Source: Candidatus Woesearchaeota archaeon (GTDB taxonomy: Archaea > Nanobdellota > Nanobdellia > Pacearchaeales > UBA284). From it: a stretch of DNA of 64,000 nt. Below, piece by piece: positions 1-8,203 of the stretch. The stretch covers positions 7,992 through 71,991 of the forward strand of contig CAYZTH010000001.1 of the NCBI GenBank assembly GCA_964481435.1, given 5' to 3'. The position numbers and the translations under genes were made by a program. A model generated the notes under the pieces. It had not been told where the DNA came from. It ran no database searches and worked only from the letters and a program-made list of their open reading frames with translations. Within the stretch, counting starts at the first letter, position 1, and the number at the start of each line of letters is the position of its first letter.

Positions 1-402
1 GATGCGCAGGGTGCAGTAGTAGGCCGGCTTGCTAGTTTTGCAGCAAAGAAAGCACTGCAAGGAAACAAGATCATAGTTGTTAATGCAGAAAAAGCAAGGA
101 TTATCGGAAGAAAGAGCGTTATCCTAGATGATTATATTAAAAAAAGAGCTCTTGGAAAAGGTGTTCAAAAAGGTCCCCACTTTCCTTATAGGTCGGACAT
201 GATCCTAAGAAGAATGATTCGAGGTATGTTGCCATGGAAGAGAACAACGGGCAGAGAGAAGTTCAGAGAGATAAAATGTTTTATAAGCATCCCAGTCGAA
301 TATCAGAATAAGATGAAAGATGCAGTAAAGTTTGAGATAAAAAATGCTTTAAACTATCTTACGCTTGAAGAGCTATCAAAATTAATAAGATATAACGGGT
401 AA
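1..402 (+). CDS. rpl13: 50S ribosomal protein uL13 (5'-truncated at window edge)
   Basis: Frame 1 is open from base 1: DAQGAVVGRLASFAAKKALQGNKIIVVNAEKA...GPHFPYRSDMILRRMIRGMLPWK, the archaeal L13 pattern; lies upstream of S9. Confidence 0.95.
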   Translation, partial: DAQGAVVGRLASFAAKKALQGNKIIVVNAEKARIIGRKSVILDDYIKKRALGKGVQKGPHFPYRSDMILRRMIRGMLPWKRTTGREKFREIKCFISIPVEYQNKMKDAVKFEIKNALNYLTLEELSKLIRYNG

Positions 403-451
403 AGGTATAATTAAATAAAATCAACTTTATAATAAATTAAAAACAAAATAA

Positions 452-488
452 GGATTTTGGTGCCTAAGCACAAAGCATTGCAAAATCC
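452..488. repeat. Intergenic hairpin element (TTTG-GTG...CAC...GCRTTG-CAAA family)
   Basis: GGATTTTG/CAAAATCC outer stem and GTGC-CTAA-GCAC inner stem; same layout as 58952..58992 (reverse strand) and 15343..15406. Confidence 0.5.
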
Positions 489-513
489 AGTTACATAAAA
501 ACAATATATTAAC

Positions 514-957
514 ATGTCAAAAAAAACATCAAAGTTCATAGATAAAAAACAGAAGATTATCACCCTCTCCGGAAAAAGAAAAACCGCGATTGCTAAGGCA
601 ACAATTCAGGAAGGCGATGGAAAAATAACCATAAACAAAAAACTTATCACCTCCTTTAATTCATTTCAACAGCTTTCATTGAGAGAGCCCTTGGTTCTTG
701 CCGAAGAAATTCTCGGAGATTCCTTGAAATCAGTCAAAATAGAGGTAATTGTTCATGGCGGCGGTTCTGAGAGTCAGATTGAGGCAGCAAGATTAGCTTT
801 GGCTAGAGCCTTAGTCGCATGGTTCAAGGAAGCCAGTCTGAAAAACAAGTTCTTGAAATATGATAGGATGTTGCTTGTTGCAGATACTCGAAGAAAAGAG
901 ATGCGAAAGCCAAACGATTCCAAAGCACGAGCAGCTAGACAGAAATCATATAGGTAA
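514..957 (+). CDS. rps9: 30S ribosomal protein uS9
   Basis: SGKRKTAIAKA, VHGGG, DRMLLVADTRRKE, C-terminal ARQKSYR. Confidence 0.97.
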   Translation: MSKKTSKFIDKKQKIITLSGKRKTAIAKATIQEGDGKITINKKLITSFNSFQQLSLREPLVLAEEILGDSLKSVKIEVIVHGGGSESQIEAARLALARALVAWFKEASLKNKFLKYDRMLLVADTRRKEMRKPNDSKARAARQKSYR

Positions 958-1003
958 GATTCTTTTGAGTTAAATTTATATTTCTCAATTATCTTTATTT
1001 TCT

Positions 1004-1342
1004 ATGAAACCAAGGATAATTCATTCTTCAGATGTAAATGAAAAAGATTTAGGAAGAAAGAAGGTCAGAGATATTATCAACCAAAAAGACTGGCCATTCA
1101 GTATAGCGATTGTCAAGAAAACAGATAAGACAAAAATAGGATATGATAAAGAAAGCAACCTTGTTTACTATGTCCTTAAAGGAAAGGGTACAAGCATAAT
1201 TAATGGGCATAAATATAATGTCAAAGAAGGAGATTTTATTATTTCTCCAAAAGGAACAAAATACAAGAATTCTAAAGGCCTGACCTTGTTAGCAATTTCT
1301 TATCCAAGATTTGACCGAAAGAAAAGAGTATATGTAGATTAA
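1004..1342 (+). CDS. Cupin domain protein
   Basis: YYVLKGKG...INGHKYNVKEGDFIISPKGTKY cupin pattern. Confidence 0.8.
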   Translation: MKPRIIHSSDVNEKDLGRKKVRDIINQKDWPFSIAIVKKTDKTKIGYDKESNLVYYVLKGKGTSIINGHKYNVKEGDFIISPKGTKYKNSKGLTLLAISYPRFDRKKRVYVD

Positions 1343-1675
1343 TCAAGAACCTTTGTTTCATCAAACTTGGGATCAAATGCGGGTACGTTAACTATGATGG
1401 CCTTGAAATTCATACTCCGTATTTTCAGATATGAAAACAACATCTCCTTTTTCAGCGACTATATCCCTATCTCCGTTTTTAATCTTCATCTTTCCTTTTA
1501 AAAGGTAATAGACTCGGTCGTTGTTCTTGCCCCGGGTTATTTCATGATGTTTCTTAGCATGCCCCTCAACCAAGCTTACATTCGGGGACAATTCTTTTGT
1601 CAGGAGATTATATACAGAATAATTTTTGGCGACCTGTCTTTTTATTGCCTCTTTATTCTTGATTAATTTTATCAT
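1339..1675 (-). pseudogene. Cupin domain protein with apparent frameshift near 1405-1412
   Basis: ORF 1388..1675 ends abruptly (EYEFQGHHS*); the +1 frame continues FKAIIVNVPAFDPKFDETKVLD* to a TAA at 1339-1341 that overlaps the stop of the convergent cupin. Confidence 0.7.
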
Positions 1676-1704
1676 CTGTCAAAAGAAGATTTAAACTTAT
1701 AAAT

Positions 1705-2928
1705 TTATTCATATCTCAGTGCATCAACTGGCTTTAGTTTAGATGCCTGAAGGGCCGGTAAGGCTCCTGAAGCGCATCCTACGCCGAATGAGAACACTAA
1801 GGCCCCAACAATGAGATACCAGGGGAAGTAAGCTTTCAAGAGATTAGTTCCCAGTGCCTGTCCTGCGAAGAATGAAGCACCTAGACCGAGTAAAACTCCT
1901 AGAACGACCCCAATTACTCCTCCAATTAGGCCAAGTACGCCCGATTCAATCAAAAATAAAGTCAAAATATTTGCGTTTCTGGCACCGACCGCTTTCATAA
2001 TTCCTATCTCCCTAGTCCTCTCTAAAACCGCAGTATACATGGTATTCATTATACCAATCCCTCCGACAACCAAAGAGATAGCGGCAATGCCAATGAAAAC
2101 GGCCTGAATAATCCCAAATATGCTATTGAAGCTCTGCAATAACTGTTCAGAAGTCTGGACTCTGAAATCCTCTTCACCTTCTTTTAATCCTCGGTCTTTT
2201 CTTAATCTTGTTTTGATTTCTTCGGCGACTTTGTTGACATCTTCCCCCTCTTTTATTTGAATAGTGAGCATATCATATTGGTTGTTTATTCCCAATATCT
2301 CTTGAGCAGTTTCCAAGGGCAAAATGACTGTGCCATCGTCATAGGGATTTCCTATTTTTTCCAGAATTCCGACAATAATTACCTCGGTTTGATTCTTCCC
2401 AATCTTTATTTTATCTCCAACTTTAAGCGGTCTTTTAAAATCTTTTAAATTTGCAAGCCCCACACCAATAACGGCCTTGTATTTATCGCCCTGCTTTAAA
2501 TTTCTTCCAACAGCTATTTTATAGTTTTGCGCTTCATCTATTAGGTCTTGAGTTTCAAAAGAAAAACCAGTGACATACTGATATGTCAAGACATCACCAT
2601 TTTTCACTTGATCGATTTTGAAAATAGCGCCTCCCACTCTTTTAACCCCATTAACGCCTTGAATAATTTTTATATCATGATCCGTCAGTTTAGAAGTTCC
2701 AGAACTTGTTCCAGGAGCTCCCATCGCAACAGCCCCTGGCTGGATGAATATTTTATCCTTTCCAAGCTGCGAGAACTGTTGGGTTACAGCGACCTGCAAT
2801 CCCTGCCCAATTGATATAAGGGCAACAACGGCGGCAATTCCTATGAATATACCGAGCATGGTGAGCCAGCTCCTCATTCTCCTCCTTTTTATATTCTTAA
2901 ATCCTAATTTGAAATAATCTAGAATCAT
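1705..2928 (-). CDS. ABC transporter permease, MacB/FtsX family
   Basis: RSWLTMLGIFIGIAAVV, GGIGIMNTMYTAVLERTREIGIMKAVGA, PVDALRYE. Confidence 0.95.
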   Translation of the reverse strand: MILDYFKLGFKNIKRRRMRSWLTMLGIFIGIAAVVALISIGQGLQVAVTQQFSQLGKDKIFIQPGAVAMGAPGTSSGTSKLTDHDIKIIQGVNGVKRVGGAIFKIDQVKNGDVLTYQYVTGFSFETQDLIDEAQNYKIAVGRNLKQGDKYKAVIGVGLANLKDFKRPLKVGDKIKIGKNQTEVIIVGILEKIGNPYDDGTVILPLETAQEILGINNQYDMLTIQIKEGEDVNKVAEEIKTRLRKDRGLKEGEEDFRVQTSEQLLQSFNSIFGIIQAVFIGIAAISLVVGGIGIMNTMYTAVLERTREIGIMKAVGARNANILTLFLIESGVLGLIGGVIGVVLGVLLGLGASFFAGQALGTNLLKAYFPWYLIVGALVFSFGVGCASGALPALQASKLKPVDALRYE

Positions 2929-2929
2929 T

Positions 2930-4123
2930 TTATCCTTGTTGTAGCAACTTTTTCTTCTTATTTTTTCTTCTCACTATGAAGAAAACAATAACTGCAATTA
3001 TAACAAGGATAATTATCACCCAGAGCCAAGGGAACGTTGGAATCAGACCGAGTCTTTGGGCTTCCTGAACGCTATGCGCTTGGACATTTAGGGTCTTAAC
3101 TTCGGAATATTTTTTATTATTTGAATCTCTGTACTCTAAGCTGACTTGGATAAAGGTATTTTTTTGTTTTGGGACAATTGTGAACTCAATAGAGCCATAA
3201 TCATCTGATTCGATGGTCCCGATATAGCCTGAATTTGACGTCTCTATAGTATACTCTCCGGGCAAGAGTTTTGCCTCAACAAAACTGACTTTTCCAAGCC
3301 CCTTATTTAGAACCTTGATATCGAGTTTGCTCGGCATGTTCATTATTAGAGTATCTTTGTCAACTGCAATGTCCAGGATTGGTTTTTCATAAATCTCAAT
3401 TGATACAAAATCCTGCCTGCTGTACTCTTTTCCGAAAGTGTCAAAATAAGTTATCTGAACTGGAACTTTGTATACGCTGATTGTGGCACTTGATAAGGCA
3501 ATCAAATTGAATTGCACATTCTGCGTGTCTCTATTGCTTAAAGAAGTAATTGCTTGTTCTGTAACGCTTTCTGGAGCAAAAGGCGAGTTGCTAAGGTCCA
3601 GTCTAACAGTTATCTCTCGTATTTCAGATCCGGCATTATTTTGTAGGGTCATTATTAGATTTATTCTTTCACCCGGGGCAACACTGCCGGGGTTGCTCTT
3701 GACATCGCTGATTTCTAGATAAACTTGGTTAGGGGCAATTTGAATATCAAAATCTTCAGAATATGAATTTCCATTTATTTTATAGTCGAGGGTGATTTCT
3801 TCTTTTCCAGCTTCTGCATCATCTTGAACATAAACATTATAACTTAGTGTTTTGGTCTCTCCTGCTTGCAAAGAGATAGTCTTTTCAGCAGCAGATCTAA
3901 GATCTAAGGGGTCGTTCACATCCAAGGTGAATTTGATATCGGTAAGATTCGTGTTTCCGTTATTAGAAACATAAAAATTTAGGGTGACTTGTTCACCAGA
4001 ATGAATTGGAAAAGGATTTTGAGCGAAAGTGATATCTAGGGGAGTTGCCGAGGTAAATCCCAGAGCCAAGATACTGAATAAGGCAAATAAAAATACTGAA
4101 ATTATTAATGTTTTGTTTTTCAT
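2930..4123 (-). CDS. COG1361-like S-layer/Ig-fold surface protein with signal peptide and C-terminal TM anchor
   Basis: N-terminal signal peptide, repeated PGE..L.N.G Ig-like units, C-terminal TM plus basic tail; in ABC operon. Confidence 0.75.
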   Translation of the reverse strand: MKNKTLIISVFLFALFSILALGFTSATPLDITFAQNPFPIHSGEQVTLNFYVSNNGNTNLTDIKFTLDVNDPLDLRSAAEKTISLQAGETKTLSYNVYVQDDAEAGKEEITLDYKINGNSYSEDFDIQIAPNQVYLEISDVKSNPGSVAPGERINLIMTLQNNAGSEIREITVRLDLSNSPFAPESVTEQAITSLSNRDTQNVQFNLIALSSATISVYKVPVQITYFDTFGKEYSRQDFVSIEIYEKPILDIAVDKDTLIMNMPSKLDIKVLNKGLGKVSFVEAKLLPGEYTIETSNSGYIGTIESDDYGSIEFTIVPKQKNTFIQVSLEYRDSNNKKYSEVKTLNVQAHSVQEAQRLGLIPTFPWLWVIIILVIIAVIVFFIVRRKNKKKKLLQQG

Positions 4124-4179
4124 TTTTGTAACTATTATATAATGACTTTCTTATCTTTTAAAGGTTTCTGTTGTGGCTA

Positions 4180-4242
4180 GCTGCGCCTGTACCCCTTATA
4201 AGCAGCCCCCGGACAAATGTCCGCAGTAATTACTGTCGCAGC
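4180..4242. other. GC-rich multibranch palindromic element in intergenic gap
   Basis: Outer GCTGCG/CGCAGC enclosing CTTATAAG, CGGACA-AA-TGTCCG and CAGTA-AT-TACTG. Confidence 0.45.
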
Positions 4243-4265
4243 AGTTTTTTCTAGTTTATTGAGCG

Positions 4266-4937
4266 TCATTTTATTTTTCCATCAACGATATGGATAATCT
4301 TCTTTGCGTGCTTTGCTACATGCATATCATGGGTGACCATAATAATGGTTTTTCCTTTTTTATTTAAATCCTTTAGCAGATTGATTATATCTTCACCAGT
4401 ATGGCTATCTAAGTTTCCCGTAGGTTCGTCTGCCAAGATGACATCTGGATCATTAGCTAGTGCTCGGGCAATAGCGACTCTTTGCTGCTGTCCGCCAGAA
4501 AGTTCTCCGGGCTTGTGATCCACCCTATCACCCAAGCCCATTTGGGTCAAGAGTTCAACAGCTCTCTTTTCTCTTTGTTCTGCAGAAGTATCCTGGAACA
4601 TCATGGGCAGCATCACATTTTCTTTAGCATTTAGTGTTCCTATTAAATTGAATTGTTGGAATATGAAACCAATCTTCTTTCCACGAATCTGAGCTAAATC
4701 AGATTCAGAAAGATGTGCAATATTCCTGTGCTCTAAAAAGATATCTCCTTCGTTTGGAATATCCAATACTCCAACAAGGTTCATCAGGGTTGATTTTCCC
4801 GAACCAGATGGCCCCATTATTGCGATGAAGTCCCCTTTATTTATGTTTAAAGATGCATGGCAGACTGCGCTGACTTTTTCTTCTCCAAGTTTATAAGTTT
4901 TGCAGACATTATTCAATGTCAATATTTTTTCGGTCAT
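4266..4937 (-). CDS. ABC transporter ATP-binding protein (LolD/MacB-like)
   Basis: GPSGSGKST, LSGGQQQRVAIARAL, ILADEPTGNLD, VTHD. Confidence 0.97.
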   Translation of the reverse strand: MTEKILTLNNVCKTYKLGEEKVSAVCHASLNINKGDFIAIMGPSGSGKSTLMNLVGVLDIPNEGDIFLEHRNIAHLSESDLAQIRGKKIGFIFQQFNLIGTLNAKENVMLPMMFQDTSAEQREKRAVELLTQMGLGDRVDHKPGELSGGQQQRVAIARALANDPDVILADEPTGNLDSHTGEDIINLLKDLNKKGKTIIMVTHDMHVAKHAKKIIHIVDGKIK

Positions 4938-5069
4938 TTTTATTAATTCTCTTGTTATTAAACGAATCTTTAATTAAACTTTATCCCAGAACAAGGCTCT
5001 GAGGTACCAACACCTCTTTTATTTTAAGATTCCTCCTTTAAAAAACTTATCTATTCTAATCTTCTTGGT

Positions 5070-5669
5070 TTATTGTGTAGAATGGTCAATTAATATATCA
5101 AATTGCTGTTCTTTGTCAAGGGTTATGCAGCAAGCACATCCCTTATCATCAAAACTATTGCAATAAAAGTCATTGTTTTCCTTTGAATCCTTGGCAAAAA
5201 TACTATATGTGCCCGGTTCTAGGATGATTTTATAGTATCCATTAATATCGTCTGCATTTGAAACAGCCATCTTGATTGGCCCAATGACTGGCCTATAGTA
5301 ATTATTAATGACTTGATTGATATTTGTTTTTGGGAAAACAGCTATTTGTGTGATAATTCTGCTTTTAGTGCACATGCTTATATTAACCGGGGGCATGCAA
5401 TTTCCTTCTTTCATATCAACATAGCCCTGGAGCAGGTACTGTATCTGGTCTGTTTTTTTGCAACAAACGCCCATCCCGCAGCCAAGGTCGACTTCAGCAT
5501 AACCTGCCGAGCAGGAATCATGGCAGGAGTAGTTATTCAGTATGCAGGGGCTTTCTTCATTTATTTTCTTTAAAGAATTATTTGTAAAAGCAAATATAAG
5601 GATTATAATTGCGATAACTATCAAGAAAACAACTCCTGCCCAAATCCAAGACTTCTTTTTGTTATCCAT
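5070..5669 (-). CDS. Membrane-anchored cysteine-rich hypothetical surface protein
   Basis: N-terminal TM, many Cys (CILNNYSCHDSC..CGMGVCC), LEPGTYSI beta-sandwich-like motif. Confidence 0.6.
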   Translation of the reverse strand: MDNKKKSWIWAGVVFLIVIAIIILIFAFTNNSLKKINEESPCILNNYSCHDSCSAGYAEVDLGCGMGVCCKKTDQIQYLLQGYVDMKEGNCMPPVNISMCTKSRIITQIAVFPKTNINQVINNYYRPVIGPIKMAVSNADDINGYYKIILEPGTYSIFAKDSKENNDFYCNSFDDKGCACCITLDKEQQFDILIDHSTQ

Positions 5670-5766
5670 TTTTATACTCTTTTATTAATGATAAATAATC
5701 GGATTCAAATCTTAAAAATCTTTACATTATGCAAAGGTTTAAAAACATACACTGAAAAAGATTATT

Positions 5767-5964
5767 ATGATCATACCAATTCGTTGTCTATCCTGCGGTA
5801 AGCCAATAGCTCACCTCTGGGAAAAATACAAAGCAAAAGTAGCTAAGGGAGAAGATCCAAAGAAAGTTCTAGATGAGCTAGGTGTTCAGAGATACTGCTG
5901 CAGATCCATATTCCTTGGCCATGTTGACCTATTGGAGATGACAAGCAAGTTCAAGAAATTCTAG
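5767..5964 (+). CDS. rpoN: DNA-directed RNA polymerase subunit N (Rpo10)
   Basis: MIIPIRCLSCGKPI...LDELGVQRYCCR. Confidence 0.98.
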   Translation: MIIPIRCLSCGKPIAHLWEKYKAKVAKGEDPKKVLDELGVQRYCCRSIFLGHVDLLEMTSKFKKF

Positions 5965-6044
5965 ATATTATTTTTTATTTATGGTTTTGTATTTAGATTA
6001 TACTCTAAGATTTTTTTAATAATAAGTTATCAAGAAAAAAACAC

Positions 6045-6156
6045 GAAGACAACTTATATGTTTCCCAACAATAGCCAGTACAGCATATAACGCCAGGCGC
6101 TTAACTTCTGTGATCTGACGGGAACAGGTGTTTCCACCTAGCTATGGTCGTCTTCA
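6045..6156 (-). rRNA. rrf: 5S rRNA (stand-alone)
   Basis: Minus strand GAAGACGACCAUAGC...GAAACACC...GAAGUUAAGC...GUUGUCUUC; helices I-V can be paired; TATA box TTTAAAAA about 21 nt upstream. Confidence 0.9.
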
Positions 6157-6236
6157 TTATCAAGTGGTTTTATTCATTTTTAAACCTTACGATTTGGAAT
6201 AAAAAACTTTTTAAACCAGAGTTTTCTACTTATAGA
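6157..6236. promoter_or_regulatory. Back-to-back TATA promoters for 5S rRNA (-) and LAGLIDADG/tRNA-Leu (+)
   Basis: TTTAAAAA (minus) and TTTTTAAA (plus), each 21 nt from the respective start. Confidence 0.6.
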
Positions 6237-7031
6237 ATGGGTGGGACTAAAGGCAAAGAAAAAATTGCGGAACTCTGCGGGGCAGTAATGGGTGACGGAT
6301 GGATTGAGGAAAGAGAAAGGGGATTTTTTATAGCGGGAGATCCTTCAGAAGATGGAGAATATTATGACCGGCATTTCTTAAAATTGATAAATGGAGTTTT
6401 AGGAATAAATGCAAAAACAAAAAATTTTCCATATTGGCGCGTTTATGGAATTGCGCTGTATAAAAAAGAATTAATCAGGAAATTGTTAGGTTTTGGGTTA
6501 ACTAAAGGAAAAAAGGTTAAGTCTGCATACGTCCCAGAATGGATATTTAATTCAGATAAAAAAATTGCTTTCTCATTTCTTCGGGGCCTCTTTGATACAG
6601 ATGGTTGTATTTTTTGTCAGAAAGATTATACTAAATATGCCGATGAATTTAACTCAAAATATCATACTAAAATTAGGATAAGAATAGGCTGTATTTCTTC
6701 AAAACTAATAGATCAGATATTTATTTTATGCAAAAAATATGGGTTTAAAGCAGTAAGAAGAACAGTTAAAAGAGGATTTAGTTATCATAGGAATCGTTGT
6801 GACACCCACATTTTAGAAATAAATGAAATTAAAAGCATCGGTAATTGGTTTGATAATCTTAAACCTTCAAACCCCAAGCATGTAACAAAATATTTAATAT
6901 GGAAGAAATTTGGTTTTTGTCCTCCAAAAACCACCCTTAAACAAAGAAAGGATATACTTAAAAATACACTCAACCCCTATAAATTATACGCGGGAGTGTC
7001 GGAGCGGTCAAACGAGAAGCGCTCAAGCTAA
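6237..7031 (+). CDS. Free-standing two-motif LAGLIDADG (DOD-type) homing endonuclease overlapping tRNA-Leu
   Basis: IAELCGAVMGDG and FLRGLFDTDG motifs; ATG 6237 is 21 nt after a TATA box (the ORF-track start at 6144 runs into the 5S gene); stop lies in the tRNA intron. Confidence 0.88.
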   Translation: MGGTKGKEKIAELCGAVMGDGWIEERERGFFIAGDPSEDGEYYDRHFLKLINGVLGINAKTKNFPYWRVYGIALYKKELIRKLLGFGLTKGKKVKSAYVPEWIFNSDKKIAFSFLRGLFDTDGCIFCQKDYTKYADEFNSKYHTKIRIRIGCISSKLIDQIFILCKKYGFKAVRRTVKRGFSYHRNRCDTHILEINEIKSIGNWFDNLKPSNPKHVTKYLIWKKFGFCPPKTTLKQRKDILKNTLNPYKLYAGVSERSNEKRSS

Positions 7032-7101
7032 GAGTTTTAAAAATTTTTACGAGAGACGCTTTGGCTTAGTGCCTGCGGAGGTTCGAATCCTCTCTCCCGC
7101 A
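6990..7101 (+). tRNA. tRNA-Leu(CAA) with 28-nt intron at 37/38 (7028..7055)
   Basis: GCGGGAG/CTCCCGC-A acceptor, AAGCG-CTCAAG|A-CGCTT anticodon arm, long variable arm, GGTTCGAATCC; intron forms a hairpin with BHB-like junctions. Confidence 0.93.
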
Positions 7102-7114
7102 TTTTATTATTAAA

Positions 7115-7705
7115 ATGAAAATCACAAAAGAACAGTTCAAGAAAATAAAGGCATTTGCAAAGAAGCATCTTTCTAAAAATGATGATTGGCACAACCTTTT
7201 TCATGTAGAGCAAACAGTAAGACTTTCCATTTTTCTTGCAAAGAAAGAAAAAGCAGATGTTGACAAATGCGCAATTATTGCCTGGCTCCATGATATTAAG
7301 AAAAGAGCCAAAGAGGATGGAAGGGATCATGCAAAAGAAGGGGCAGAAAGAGCAAGGATTTTCCTTACCAAAATAGGTCTGTACAATGAAGATATAGATG
7401 ATATCTGTTATGCAGTATATGTTCATAATAAGGGAGTTAAAAAAAAGACAAAAGAAGCCCAGATAATTTATGATGCAGATAAACTTCAAGCAATTGGCCC
7501 CTATGGCATTTTAAGGGCGTACGGTCATTCAGTTATAAGGAAAAACAGCCAAGCACGCGCATATAGGGAATTTCAAAATGGACAAAAAATGTATATGAGG
7601 GGAATAAGCACAAAAACCGCTAAAAGGATCGCGAGAGAAAAATTTCAACTTATGAAAAAATTCAATAAGCACTATGAAGATATTCTGAATATAGGTAAAA
7701 AATGA
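7115..7705 (+). CDS. HD-domain phosphohydrolase
   Basis: HNLFHV, WLHDI, DHAKEGA, YDADKL. Confidence 0.9.
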   Translation: MKITKEQFKKIKAFAKKHLSKNDDWHNLFHVEQTVRLSIFLAKKEKADVDKCAIIAWLHDIKKRAKEDGRDHAKEGAERARIFLTKIGLYNEDIDDICYAVYVHNKGVKKKTKEAQIIYDADKLQAIGPYGILRAYGHSVIRKNSQARAYREFQNGQKMYMRGISTKTAKRIAREKFQLMKKFNKHYEDILNIGKK

Positions 7706-8202
7706 AAAGACCCGATAGACAAGCAACACTCTGTGTTGTGATAGACCGGAATAAGAATAAGATTCTCCTTGCCATGAAGAAAAGAGGATTTGGTGTTGGC
7801 AAATATAATGGATTTGGCGGCAAGATCAAAGAGGGAGAAACAATTGAACAAGCCGCAGTCAGGGAATTTCAAGAGGAATCTGAATTAAAGACAGAATTAA
7901 AATATTTAAAAAAAGTTGCCGAAATGGATTTCTTTTTTCCGCATGAACCCCAATTTGACCAGACAATGCATGCTTTTCTTGTTGAAAAATGGGCCGGAGA
8001 GCCTCGAGAGACCGAAGAGATGGCGTTCAAGTGGTTTGACTTGGATAAAATTCCCTATACAGAGATGTGGGACGATGATAAATACTGGTTGCCAAGAGTT
8101 ATTGATGGAAAGATATTAAAGGCAAAGTTTGTTTTCAGATTAGAAGGAAACGAGCATATTAATGACCAGCAAGAAATAAAAGAGGTAGAATGTTTTGATT
8201 AA
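7702..8202 (+). CDS. NUDIX hydrolase, 8-oxo-dGTPase (MTH1-like)
   Basis: KKRGFGVGKYNGFGGKIKEGETIEQAAVREFQEES Nudix box; EMWDDDKYWLP. Confidence 0.9.
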   Translation: MKRPDRQATLCVVIDRNKNKILLAMKKRGFGVGKYNGFGGKIKEGETIEQAAVREFQEESELKTELKYLKKVAEMDFFFPHEPQFDQTMHAFLVEKWAGEPRETEEMAFKWFDLDKIPYTEMWDDDKYWLPRVIDGKILKAKFVFRLEGNEHINDQQEIKEVECFD

Positions 8203-8203
8203 A

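Noticed and set aside
6144..6236. N-terminal extension of LAGLIDADG ORF 1
   Set aside because: Overlaps the 5S gene and promoters; ATG 6237 fits the TATA spacing.
6910..7113. Independent 67-aa ORF over tRNA-Leu
   Set aside because: No own start signals; relevant only as the post-splicing frame of the endonuclease.
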